Positions 52,781-64,000 of a stretch of DNA of 64,000 bases are shown in pieces. Under the pieces are notes generated by a model. It saw only the letters and a list, made by a program, of their open reading frames with translations. It ran no database searches and was not told the origin of the DNA. The position numbers and the translations under genes were made by a program. The stretch comes from Eledone cirrhosa (taxonomy: Eukaryota). Positions within the stretch are counted from its first letter, which is position 1. Each line of letters opens with the position of its first letter. The DNA lies in NCBI GenBank assembly GCA_964016885.1, contig OZ024740.1:293694001-293758000 (forward strand), in the 5' to 3' direction.

Positions 52781-54109
52781 CAAAATAGATAGTGTATTAT
52801 TGTGGAAATTGTAAATTTGAACGAATTAATAATTAATTAATATAACTACAACTAAGAATACTATTTATGATCATAATAATAATTGTTTCTACTTTTGGCA
52901 CAAGGGATTGAACATATAGAGGGTGGACATGAAATTATAGGGACTTGACAATGAAACTATGGGGCTGAGAATAAAATTATAGGGGGTGAGAAAGAATCTG
53001 TAAAGACTGGTAATGAAAGTAGAAAGGCTGGGAATAAAATTATAGTGGACTTGAAATTAATTGTTTCTACTTTTGGCACAAGGCCAGCAAATACCCAGTA
53101 CATTACTGGTACTTTATTTTATCGACCCCGTAAGGATAAAAGGCAAAGTTAACCTCGGCGGGATTGGAACTCAGAATGGCAGAAATTAATGTGTAGCAGT
53201 TAGGAAGGTAAATATGGGTGGTTGATATATACATATAAGGGCGTAGGATGAAATTATAGGGGATATATATAAAACTGCAGTGGCTAGGAATGAAACTATA
53301 GGGAATGAAAATGAAACAATAGTGACCATGTAGTGTTGCCCTGGTTAGGTCTTAATTCATGTCTCATGATCCAGGGACTGTTGATAGACAATGGATCTGC
53401 ATTAGAAAAGATTCTTTCCAAGTTGCAAATCTATGTAAGGTTTTTGTAAATCTCTCTTGTCCATATCAACATTTTCTGCCTATCCACTCATTTAAAATCA
53501 TATATATGAAAAAAGAAAAAAGAATTAAAATGCCAAGTTAAAAGACAAAGTGATCTAATTAGTGTAGAGTGGATAATATTCACATTAGATTACTTGTTTA
53601 TCTTAAGTTAAATCATTTCAACTCTCAGATAAAGTGATTTCATTAGTACAGAGAGTATATATCCATATTAGATTACTTGGGTATATGTTTATTGGGTTAG
53701 ATTTTAGTTCAAATCCTCTCGTGGTCAGTGAAACAAGTTTCAGAAATTTCATGCAGTGTATTGGTGGAAGGTTAATATACTTGATATTACTCTTTGCTTT
53801 AGCCCATTGTATAGACAAGATGCAATACACTGACTGCCATAGACCATACAGCTGTAAAATGTTTTAAATGATTGCAATTCTGCAGTCAAGTGGTTAATAG
53901 AATCTAGGTATAAAAATGTTTGATTCCAATTTGATAAAAAAATATGTGTGTATGTGGAATGCAACCCATCTAGGACAGCAATGACTCTGATAAAAAAATG
54001 ACTGCATGGAGCAGACATGGAATCTGTAAGCTGTTGTCAAGGCAACCCATCTAGGAGGGCAGTGACTCTGATTAATAACGATGACACAAGACAGAGGTTG
54101 GGCAACATA

Positions 54110-54750
54110 AGCTATAGTGAAGGCAACCAGTCTAGCAGAGTAGACACTCCAAATAAAAACTGATACAGGGTGGAGAGGACTCTGGAAACCAGTAATACAG
54201 CCTCTCTAGTGTTGGTGGCATGAATAATGCACCCAATCCATGCTATAATGTAGTTGGTGATAGGAAAGCCATCCAGACAGAAAAACCCTACCAAGGAAAC
54301 GTGATCAGCACAAGTATGATTCTCAATAATTGTGTATACAAGGCTGACACTAGTTGGTGCTGCACGTGGTTGTGGGGTGGCTAGAGTAGCCATGTGTGAG
54401 AATAGCTTGACCATGATCAACCAACTGCACAACCACTTTCCCTTTCAGAAAGGAACAACTGTCAAGGTACAAACCTCAGGACTGCCACCCTCTATGTTGG
54501 CACCCTGAAGATAAATTAAGTCAATTTGTGGAACTGTTAGAGAGAAGAGGTGTAGATGTATGCTGTGTACAAGCAGTGTGATGGAGGGGTGCCTCAGCAA
54601 GACTAATCACAGGCAAACAGATTAAATATAAACTCTACTAGGTAGGAAATGACAATGGGGTAGGTGATATAGGAATCTTACTAGCTGAGAAATGGATATT
54701 AAGGTAATAGATAGTTAGAGTAAGTGACAGAATCATGAAACTTAGAAAAG
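54110..54750 (+). mobile_element. Probable RTE 5' region / endonuclease remnant
   Basis: TLYVGTL, RRGVDVCCVQ, VRVSDRIMKL remnants. Confidence 0.55.
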
Positions 54751-55799
54751 CTGTTATATTTAAAAGCACACTGCTTGAGTGCTTGTGGTAATCATTATAT
54801 TTTTTCAATGTGAATATGTTTTGCTAACATGATTCCCTGTTTCATCAGACCTGGCTTACCTCCTCTTTGATGTGTGGTCATGCATCACTAAGGAGCTTAC
54901 TGCTACCCTCACTTGCCACTAGCAACTGAGAGAGCATTATGTATCTTTCATAAGCAGGGAGATGAAACGGCACAGCGCTGAATTATGTAATGTGTACTAT
55001 TGTTACCTAATTTTCTGCACATGGCTGCACCTTTCAGTGCATGACCAGTAGTCTGGGCACCATATCATCTGATCCACACAAAGTCGTTTGCCTCCTTGCA
55101 TTATTAAGGTCGACTGCATGCAGGAATCAAAGTCGAAGGTGTACTTCAAAGGGTTAAGATACTGGTAAATGAAGACAGTGAAAACCATAGAGCATTAATA
55201 ATTAACACAAAAGGAAAACTATGGTTGTTATTCAAATTCCAGTTGTGATTTCTACAATTGCTTCTTTGGAGATAAATGTAGTGCCAGTAGAAAGGATCAA
55301 TGAATCACTTGGTCAAACAGTTAATAATTAATAAGTTAAATGTCACTCAAGGATTAATCCCCATTTCGTCAGGAAAAAATAGATAGATACATTGAGTTAC
55401 TTAACACATCCAGAAAAACTAAAGGTAAGCTTTTGAAAAGTGAACAGAACACGTGAGAAATATGGAGCAAGTGATTTGTGTAATTAGAGAATAGTGTATT
55501 AATATAAGCATTATAGATGAAGTTGTATAGTAAGGAAGCATATTGTTAGATGTTGGCATGCTCAGTTTGAAATAACAATGCATATTTAGAATGATTATAT
55601 GAATTATGTGAACATTCTAGTGTACTATGCTTAAAAGCATATTTCACTGTCAATGCTGAATAAAGCCATGTTGGATAAAGAGTAGAAAAATGAAATAATC
55701 AGTACTATGTTATGTGTAATCTTCATTTCTTCCTGCAAATAATGTACAGATATGGCTGGTTTAAATGCAAAAGGGTTAAAAAGCTGCTAATAAAACTTT

Positions 55800-56340
55800 A
55801 AACTGACAATCTTCTAGGATTGCAACGAATCCCCTCACCTCTGCTAATTCTGAAGCAATCCAAAGCTCAGGATTTTCTAATATTGTTGAAAATAGCTCAG
55901 AAAGAAAATTTCCGATGGATGCGTTTTCATCCTTGAGTGTCTATATAAAGATATTGGATTTCAATGGCTAGAAATGTGAGATGAAATCAGTTTATGCTGC
56001 AGATTAAACAAACGTCAAGCATCCAGCAAGTCGCAGACATAATATGGAACCTTGAACTAAATCAAGCTCTGGCAGAAGTGACACAATTATTACGCTTGGT
56101 TCGGAATATACCTGCCACATCTGCTTCATGTGAGAGATCGTTTACTTCAATAAAGTAAGTGAATAGTTATATGTATTCTCAAATGAAGAGAGATTGAACA
56201 ATTTGGTCTTCATTTCCATGACTCAAGATCTTTTGAAGATAATGAAGGTAGAGCGTGGTGCTGATACATTTTATAGGAAAGTGATCGATGAATTTGCCAA
56301 AAAGAAACGAAAAATTGAATTGATTTACAAATTAATTTTG
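55800..56340 (+). pseudogene. hAT transposase C-terminal dimerisation-domain remnant
   Basis: LLRLVRNIPATSASCERSFTSIK*...RLNNLVFISM...VIDEFAKKKR. Confidence 0.8.
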
Positions 56341-56529
56341 AATATCTCATTAGTTGAAGGTTTTATTATTTACTCATATTTCTCAGGTAACCAATATCAT
56401 GACAGGCTCATGGCCAGGCTGTTACTAATGGAGAGACGTCAAGTCTAGTGGAAAGGGGTATCAAGCCGGAAGTGTAGTCTGTTGGTAGACGTGCATTTTC
56501 TCACATTAATATATATGTGTGTGTGTGTA

Positions 56530-56943
56530 TTAGAGTAGAAAATAGAAGCTTTCGCCATATCTTTTACTAAATAAATTTTAGACTGATAGTGGGGTTTAGA
56601 ACCATCTGAGAAATTGAATAAGATGAATATTGATGTACATGGGATCTAACCCACATCTTTTGTTTTTCAGACCATTACACCAACACATTACCCATCTCCT
56701 TCCATTCAAATTGGAAGCTACATTCATAGCAAGTATGACATGTATGTTTGTTTTGAAACAGAGAGCGAGTTTGAAATAGAAAATAGCTTTCGCTGTATTT
56801 TTGACTAACCAAAGATGTATGTTTGACTCCCATGTATGTCAATAATCATCTTTTTCCATTTCTTAGAGGGTTCTAAACCCCACTATCAGGCTAAAATTTC
56901 TTTTGTCAAAAATACGCCGAAAGCTTCTATCTTCTATTTCAAA
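56530..56943. mobile_element. MITE-like element with ~110-bp imperfect TIRs
   Basis: ctgatagtggggtttagaacc (56583) vs ggttctaaaccccactatcag (56869). Confidence 0.7.
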
Positions 56944-58249
56944 CTGTCTATGTACATGCAGGAGACATTAAAGAAATGAACTATAAACTTAAACTAACTA
57001 TGTAGAAATAGTTTTACTCTGATAGTTTTACTCTGAAGTATTTGGTATCACGTTGATGAGGTGAGCTTTGATATTTGTTTTGATAATTCAACAAGATAAT
57101 GTGTTCACAATAAGGTTCTAATACAAGGTTTATTACTTTGTTCGTTCCTAAGTTCATTGCAGTGTTGGTTCTGTGGTGGTTTTGTTAGTGAGTAGTAAAC
57201 ATGTTGGTTTTCACCAAGCTTCATTTGTTGTTATAAGGTTATGAAATATTTTCTTCTCTTTTGATTTTCATAGCCTGAATGAGTCCCAGAAATGTAAGAC
57301 CACAAAGTCTTGTTAAAATAAAATTGACTGATTGAGTTTGGTTTTCATCATCCACAGTGAATAAGAAAATGGAAATCAAAAAGGCCATTGAGAAAAAGCC
57401 TGAGAAGCAGTTATCCAAGACTTGTCTCCTTTCCAAACAACAAGTGCTTTTGTGTTTTTCTACGATCACGTCGAATCCAGAAGACAATTTCAGTTACCGT
57501 AAAAAACACTACCCAAAAGATCCAGGAAGTGTGGGAAAAGCAAATATCCCTATCAAAACAGAAAAATAAACATCCACTCTTTAATAAAGAAATTATATAA
57601 GGAATATAAGGATTAGAAATTAAAATTAAGAATGACTTTAAATTAAAAGGTCAAGAAAAGAAAAAGAATAAGAGCAGTGGTGGAGAGAGAGAAGGAGGAA
57701 GAAAAAGAATGTTGACAGAAAAGCAGTCATGTAGAAAGTAGATGTTTATATGATGATGATGATGATAGTAAATTGAATAAATAAGACTAAAATGGGTGAG
57801 TGTCTATAGAATGCTACCAAAACATTTGGTGGATTAATAATGTTTATGATGATGATGATGGATGTAGTAGACAGTGATGTAGTTTATGATGATGAAGATA
57901 AATACTCTAGGGTCCAAAATAATAGGGGTATGGGGTGGGATGGAAAATCATTAGTCATTTAGTTTACATATCCTATTTATTCTATTACATATGAGATTTC
58001 TTGTAATGTACTTTATTTCGTGTATGATGTTTTTTTAATGAATAAAGGAAATTAATTATCACAGGAATGCTACCGCTTAAATTAAAATTTTTCCCAGGAT
58101 AGATTAGCAAAATTTAATAAGCAGGGGTGGAGAGATCTCAATAATTAATGAGCAGTGTGGGGGACAATTATTCGAGTCCCAAGAGAATGAGATGATGATA
58201 AACAAAATGTACAGAATAGATTTGAAACGACTAAATAAATAAATAAAGA

Positions 58250-58620
58250 AGCCAAAATGGGGTTCTGCCGAAGTGTCTTTGGAGTAATGTTCCTCAATAG
58301 AGTGCAGAGCTCAATGAGAGAGTTTCTCCAGGTAGAGCTGCTACTTCTTTGAATTGAAAGATCACAGCTCCAATACTATGAGCATGGTGTTAGAATGTCT
58401 CAGGAAAGAATTGCTGGTCAGATTTTACAGGCAAAACCAATCAGCATGAAACCCAGGGGCAGACCTCAAGTGATATGGTTGGATAACATCCATGAGCTTG
58501 GCTGGTCTTGCTTGGGGATCCAGCTGGATCAGTTGGAGACAGTTGCTACGGAGAGGACTCGCTGGAAGAACTGTTTGAGGATTTGGTTCCCACAACCCTC
58601 TGAAGAAGAAGAAGAAGAAG
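58250..58620 (+). mobile_element. 3' fragment of the same RTE/Expander-like family
   Basis: Closely similar to 38300-38820; RMSQERIAGQILQAKP...GRP; (GAA)n tail. Confidence 0.85.
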
Positions 58621-59039
58621 GGCTATCATCTATACCTCTGGAAGCCAACATTTGTAGGATACATAGCTAAATTCTTTAAGAAATTAGAGAAATGTTTTCA
58701 ACGTTGGATTGTGCTCAATCTACAAAGACCAGGAGATGAAAGTAGCTAAATTGTTCACAAGATACAGTAACTAGAAGAATTACTGCAATAGGTAATTCAC
58801 ATTATGAAATGTTTAAAAAGAATTTTGGATCTGTAGTACATACATAATCTGCAGCTAAGCCCTCATAGCACAAGGGGAAGATTGGAGTAAAGCATAAGTG
58901 GATGTGTGTTAGATAGGTGTTGGTTGGTGCAGGGGTTGAGGGTTTTGATAGGTCGTCTGTTGTTTGTATGGTCTGGTACACATATTTATCTGGTATGGTT
59001 AGGTGTTCCGTAACATCAGTTATTATCCAGTATGCATCT

Positions 59040-59400
59040 TTGTATCATAGATGTGCTTGAAGAGACAGAGGATATTGTTTGATAAAGAGAAGATATTTAA
59101 TTTTTCTGTTGTACATAAATCACATCTCGTTCATCATTATAAGCTTTCACTTTTGCTACAATATTCTATTTGATGGTGGGATTTATGATGTCATTGTCTT
59201 TCAATTGCCAGATGTATTTTTTCAAAGAAATTGAGTTCTGTAATTGGCTATTCTTGAACTTATGCAGGCCATTATGAACTGATTATAATATAAATTAATA
59301 TAAATGCCAAAAGTAGGGCCTCCACTGATCACAGACAATGGCATTGTAGTGGAGCTACCAAATGAAAGAAACATATTTGAACATATTTGAAATATATATT
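59040..59400 (-). mobile_element. Penelope-like GIY-YIG fragment
   Basis: Minus-strand KYIWQLKDN and RCDLCTTEKLNI. Confidence 0.75.
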
Positions 59401-59589
59401 TATATTTTATTGCATGATACAATCATATTACAGTATGTTTTCATTCATTTATTGTTTAATTTCTAAATACGAGGTGATAAAGAAATGCTCGATTTGTTTT
59501 GGTTGATTTCATTATAAAGAATTTTTCATTTCAACAAATTGTTTTATATTCCGTGAATTTTGTTATAACAGGATTTCACTGTAATAGAT

Positions 59590-60935
59590 AAAGTGGTAAA
59601 ACACACTGGTTCAATACTGTGGTGGTAGCAGAGAAGCAGTTAATAGCTACATACTAAAGAAATAGGGCAATGGATACTCCATTTAATCATAAACTTGTAA
59701 ATCTATTTTTGTTATTTGTGCAGGATGACATAGACAACCAACTTTACCCAATAGCAACAATAATATTCATGATATTTACTTGTATATATTCATCTTTAAA
59801 GACAAAAAGGAAAAAAGGAATGGCTGTTGTTGCTTGTGCAGTTGTGGCAAGTATTCTTTCTTGTAACTTAATACATTAGTCACATGTTCATGGTCACATC
59901 GACAACATGAAAAATCAACTTTACCCAATAGCAACAATGTTAGTTATACAAGATACTTACTTGTATATATTTATCTTTAAAGACAAACACAATTGGTTGG
60001 ATACCAAGCCAGATAGTAAGTAAACCATATTCTCAAAATTCTTCTACAATTTTCATAAGATTTTCATAGAAAGTGAGAAAACAGTTTGTCAAGGAAAATA
60101 TTCATGAATGCAAATTCAATACTTTGTTAAAAGACTTAAATTAGAAATAAATATTCTGTTTAAGTTTTCAGAAGGCTGACTTTTGTTGGGAGGGAGATTT
60201 TTTGCAGTGTTTAGTGGGGTTTTGGAGAAAGACATTTTGAGTAAAGAGAGCCTGGTGTATAGAGTAAGCCTTGGTGGCAGTGATTCAGAGAAACAGGGAT
60301 CATTGTAATAAGTTGTTCGATAGAGGAGTCAGCATATCTGTGAGCTATAAATTGTTGTGTTTTGGTGTGTAAGTAATAGAATATATTTCTTTGGGGTGTT
60401 TGTTTATGTAACAATAACACTGTTCCAGATATGTGAACAGTATTCTGTTATAAGAGTTATTCAAGCTTTGTGGACAATAAGCAACTCACCAAATCACAAA
60501 TGATATGAATTTACTTGTTCCATAAATTATACAATTTTTACTGAAAGCTATAAGAGTAAGTGGAAATACATAAAAAATGTTAAATAACAGGGAATACAAA
60601 AAAAGAACAAGATATAGAAAAGATAAATTGATAGTTATTTGAGAGAAAGCTTTATCAATATTTATATAGATAAGAAAACATTGAGTGATAGCTCTTCAAA
60701 TCTCTACACATTAATATACAGATTGTATAAAAGTACAGCCAACAAGTATTTTGTAGTGCTTATATAAATTTACATACAGCCTAGAAAACATTGCACTGTG
60801 GTTATATGAATTTACATATAATCTTGATAAGTCAATTTAATATATTGTGACTTGCTAAAGGATTCAAGAAAGAAATAGTGTAATTCCATAAATTATATAC
60901 AGGAAACAAATATTTTGAGATGATTATCTCTGAAA
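59590..60935. repeat. Direct duplication of the region around CYP4 exon 2 (homologous to 35780-36895, 38820-38850 and 41968-42190)
   Basis: Long colinear matches by eye, e.g. gagtaagccttggtggcagtgattcagagaaacaggg in both copies. Confidence 0.93.
59961..60073 (-). pseudogene. Orphan pseudo-exon, paralogue of CYP4 exon 2
   Basis: FYENLMKIVEEF*EYGLLTIWLGIQPIVFVFKDKYIQ|gtaagt; CGA>TGA stop and the splice acceptor is deleted. Confidence 0.9.
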
Positions 60936-60944
60936 ACTAGGGTT

Positions 60945-61900
60945 TAGTGTTGCAAACTCCTGAAAAATCTTCAACATGTTGTCCTATCATTTGCATTTCC
61001 CTTCACCAAACACTAGCTACCATTTCCTCCTCTATCATCTTCAGCTATATTATTCTTGGTCTTCATCTTCCTCTACTTCCTTTCACATTAATTTCAACAC
61101 ACACTCCAATCATCTCATTCCATTTTTCTTCACAACATTCATTAGTGGCTCTAATACCATCACCGTCTGTAATTCCTCCTCTCTCTCTCAGCAATACTTC
61201 ACTTATCCACTGTACTATTCTGATTGCTGTTCTTTCCAGCTTTCTCTGCTGCTTTATGTACATCACACATGCAGAATCCACCTTTCCCTTCAGTTTAGCA
61301 AAATGTTTTCACAACTTCATCTTCACACCATTCCCATGATCCAGCTCAACACCCTGTACATGCTCTCTTATACATTGTAATCATTACTCTAATCAATCAA
61401 TCCTATCTCAATGCCTGTGTTACTACTTCATGTGAAACCCAATCAAAAGCTTTCACCATCCCAATAAACCTCCAAAACAAATTGTTACACTTGTTCTTGT
61501 ATTTCACCTGTAACAACATAACAATAAATATTGTATTGGCTGTTCCTTTTCCCTGTTACAAATCTAAACTGCTTTTCACCAATCTTCACATTATTCCTTA
61601 TCCCTATCTCTAACATGAACTAGTAACTTCATTCCACATTCTAATTGCTGTATATGAGCCACAGTCAAGATGCTCACTTACAGTCTTGTAGAGAGAGATG
61701 AGAATACTTTGCCAATCCATAAGAATATGGTCTTCTTTCATTACAAACCTACACACCTCTGTCCTCCTGTTCACAAATTCTCAGGGGACTGTGTTGATGC
61801 TTTGCCTGTGGACAACCTTAGTGATCTTCTCAGTTTGAATGAGGTCTGCCTCTTGATTGTCCTCAGTGTAAGAACAGATGTTTTAGGGTGATTTAAATGC
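60945..61900 (-). mobile_element. Decayed RTE LINE fragment
   Basis: KGSRGR near the 3' end, LSWIMG, KAFD remnants; resembles 42190-42660. Confidence 0.6.
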
Positions 61901-62799
61901 TATTGTGGAGAGATGTTGAAAACATCTGGCACCCTACTCATCCTTACAGTTTCTGCCAATACATGAAAGATAGCATCCATTCATCCAGGTACACACAACA
62001 CTCCAGAGGACTCACTAATACAACAGTAAACTAAAACTACTACTTAACCTACTCAAATCAGAAAACTTTTAAAAAATGAAACAAGCACAAAAATAACTGC
62101 AATGTTAGCAGTGGCATCGTGTGGTTTGTCAGTACACAAGGCAAGGAAATAATTCTACCTCTTAACCCAATTGACCAGTGCAGTATTGGTAGAAATTATT
62201 CCAATGTTTTAGTTCCAACTATGCAGAAACTACAAAGTAATTTTATATCATCTAAATCTAAACTAAAGCCTGTCTCAAACCAGGAGGCTCATCAGACTGG
62301 TGCTTATCTCGGTTTGTGACATTAAGGGACTGAGAGTTGAAGACTCCCCCTGGATAGGATGCCAGTCCATCACAGGGATAAACTTCCAGCTATTGCTGGT
62401 ACTTATTTTCAGTTGAGTATACTGGAGCAATGCAGCACAACACACAACACACAAGAACACAACACACAACCCAGTCCAGAAATCAAACATACAATATTAT
62501 GATTGCAAGTCTGACACCCTTAGCACTAGGCCACACGTCCCCTATTTTATATCTAAAGATTCAAAACTTGACTATTATTTTGACAAACTAAAGCTGACTC
62601 TTAGGGGCTAGAGTTGTTATTAGTCACAAATTCCCCTGGTGGAACACAAACATCAGTGGTCCACACAGTTAGTACTTTAAATTCAGTTGAAAAGAATTTA
62701 AACTAAAAAAGTCTAGGTTTCATTGTGTTACATGATTGTAAATTTACTTACAAGCAAAGACTGTTTTAGCAACCTTTACTAAAGAGATAATCCAGTACA

Positions 62800-63145
62800 T
62801 ACGAGGGAATACTGAAAAGTTCCTGGCTTTGGGTGAAAAAAAGTACAGAAGGATCAGTTAATGATTTTATTCAACATATTCCTTTCTCAGATTCACACAC
62901 TTACTGCAGTGGTCCGTAAGTTTTTCTTAGCCCCGTAAAAAGAACTCAAAGTTTGGGCCTCCAACCAGGCCTTTGTATCAGCAATTACTTCTGAACCAGA
63001 GAAGCCATCATGCGTTAAATCTGCAAAAAAGAAAAAGTTATATTCTATATCAACATGATTATTTTGCATCTCTTCTCCTAAATAGTTGGCTTACCTCCCC
63101 TTTCATGATACCCTTAAAGCCAGGAACTTTTCAGCACCCCTCGTA
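62800..63145. mobile_element. Tc1/mariner-type MITE
   Basis: TA-cgagggaatactgaaaagttcctggcttt ... aaagccaggaacttttcagcacccctcg-TA. Confidence 0.85.
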
Positions 63146-64000
63146 CATCAAATCGTTTCAATGATGAGTAACAATGCTTTTGGAATACAATTTATATTTT
63201 GAATTTCTTTCATCTACCCAAATTTAGTAATGTAAATGTGTTATTCCATTTAAAATACGATTTATTTTTTATTATACATGTGGTTTAGATTACAATTGAA
63301 GACATTTTTAGTTTAGCAGCTGTCTGATAGTTTATTATTACTAGAAATTTATTTAAACAAAGATTTTTATGACAACTATATTTTACAAACAAAAGTTATA
63401 CAATGATGGAAAATATTAAAAAGGAATAAAAACAAAATTAAGTAATGAAAAAGGGGGAAGAGGAAACAAGGGCAGATCTGGTTGGATAGGAAAGGACTAT
63501 AAATACCATAAATGAGAAGAAAAATAGGAAAAGAGTAAGATCTATAGGGAAAGGGAAAAGACTATCAGGCATAGAAGAAAGAGAGGGGGGAGGGTATCAG
63601 ACTGTACACCTAGGTCAGGGTGGTGTTTCGGCTGAAGAAATTAAACCAGCAATATAATTTGATTGACTTCAACAAAATCTTACAATTCATACAATCCCAT
63701 TAGGACGACAATTTGACATAGATTTTCACAAATTTTATATATGTTATGCCTTTTTTAAAAAAGAGCACTAGCTGAATAAATCAAATACACAGGGAAGAAA
63801 AGCTGGTTCTCGGAACCACTTAAGATGGTTGATAATGTCAAGTGCTAGACTCCTTCATAAGTATATTCTATGGTAATCAAGGTTTTTAAAAGCTTCTCCA
63901 AAGTCACAAAACAGCACAGCTCCCATGACTTTTGGAAACATTTTTTCATGCTCAGAGTTACTGAAGCATGGAACAAACTACTTGCATCAGTTGTTAGCTG

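Noticed and set aside
53338-53352. CCCTGGTTAGG (PWLG) match to exon 3 on the + strand
   Set aside because: It is an 11-bp match with no flanking similarity, so chance.
57239-57600. Overlapping 70-82 aa ORFs
   Set aside because: No recognisable domain; at most a faint pogo/Tigger-like trace, which I cannot support.
63601-63635. Hammerhead 3' half on the minus strand (GAAAcacc...ggtgTAcagt)
   Set aside because: No matching CUGANGA or stem I partner was found within the window.

Overview
AT-rich, repeat-dense animal genomic DNA, most likely from an octopod cephalopod (inferred from the SINE, RTE and Penelope repeat content and the microsatellites; not proven). The only host gene found is a clan-4 cytochrome P450 (CYP4V-like) on the minus strand. 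Its six coding exons are 51157-50995, 36258-36146, 30763-30678, 19078-18888, 12043-11974 and 4036-3910. They have canonical GT-AG junctions and join into an open 250-codon N-terminal half; the remaining exons must lie left of the window. The introns and upstream region are filled with decayed retroelements (CRE, R4, Tx1/L1, RTE, CR1, at least five Naiad-type Penelope-like elements, two tRNA-SINE families), MITEs, Helitron-like pieces, a hAT remnant and a 3-kb 60-bp minisatellite. Three observations stand out. (1) There is a cluster of Penelope-derived minimal hammerhead ribozymes with palindromic stem III; four lie in the sense orientation of the CYP4 pre-mRNA, one 140 nt before a splice acceptor and one inside a ~1.7-kb fold-back. 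(2) An orphan duplicate of CYP4 exon 2 lies upstream of the gene; its exon is ~15% diverged while its flanking introns are only ~3-6% diverged. (3) Several snap-back palindromes sit at retroelement junctions. TE boundaries are approximate and all identities were counted by eye.
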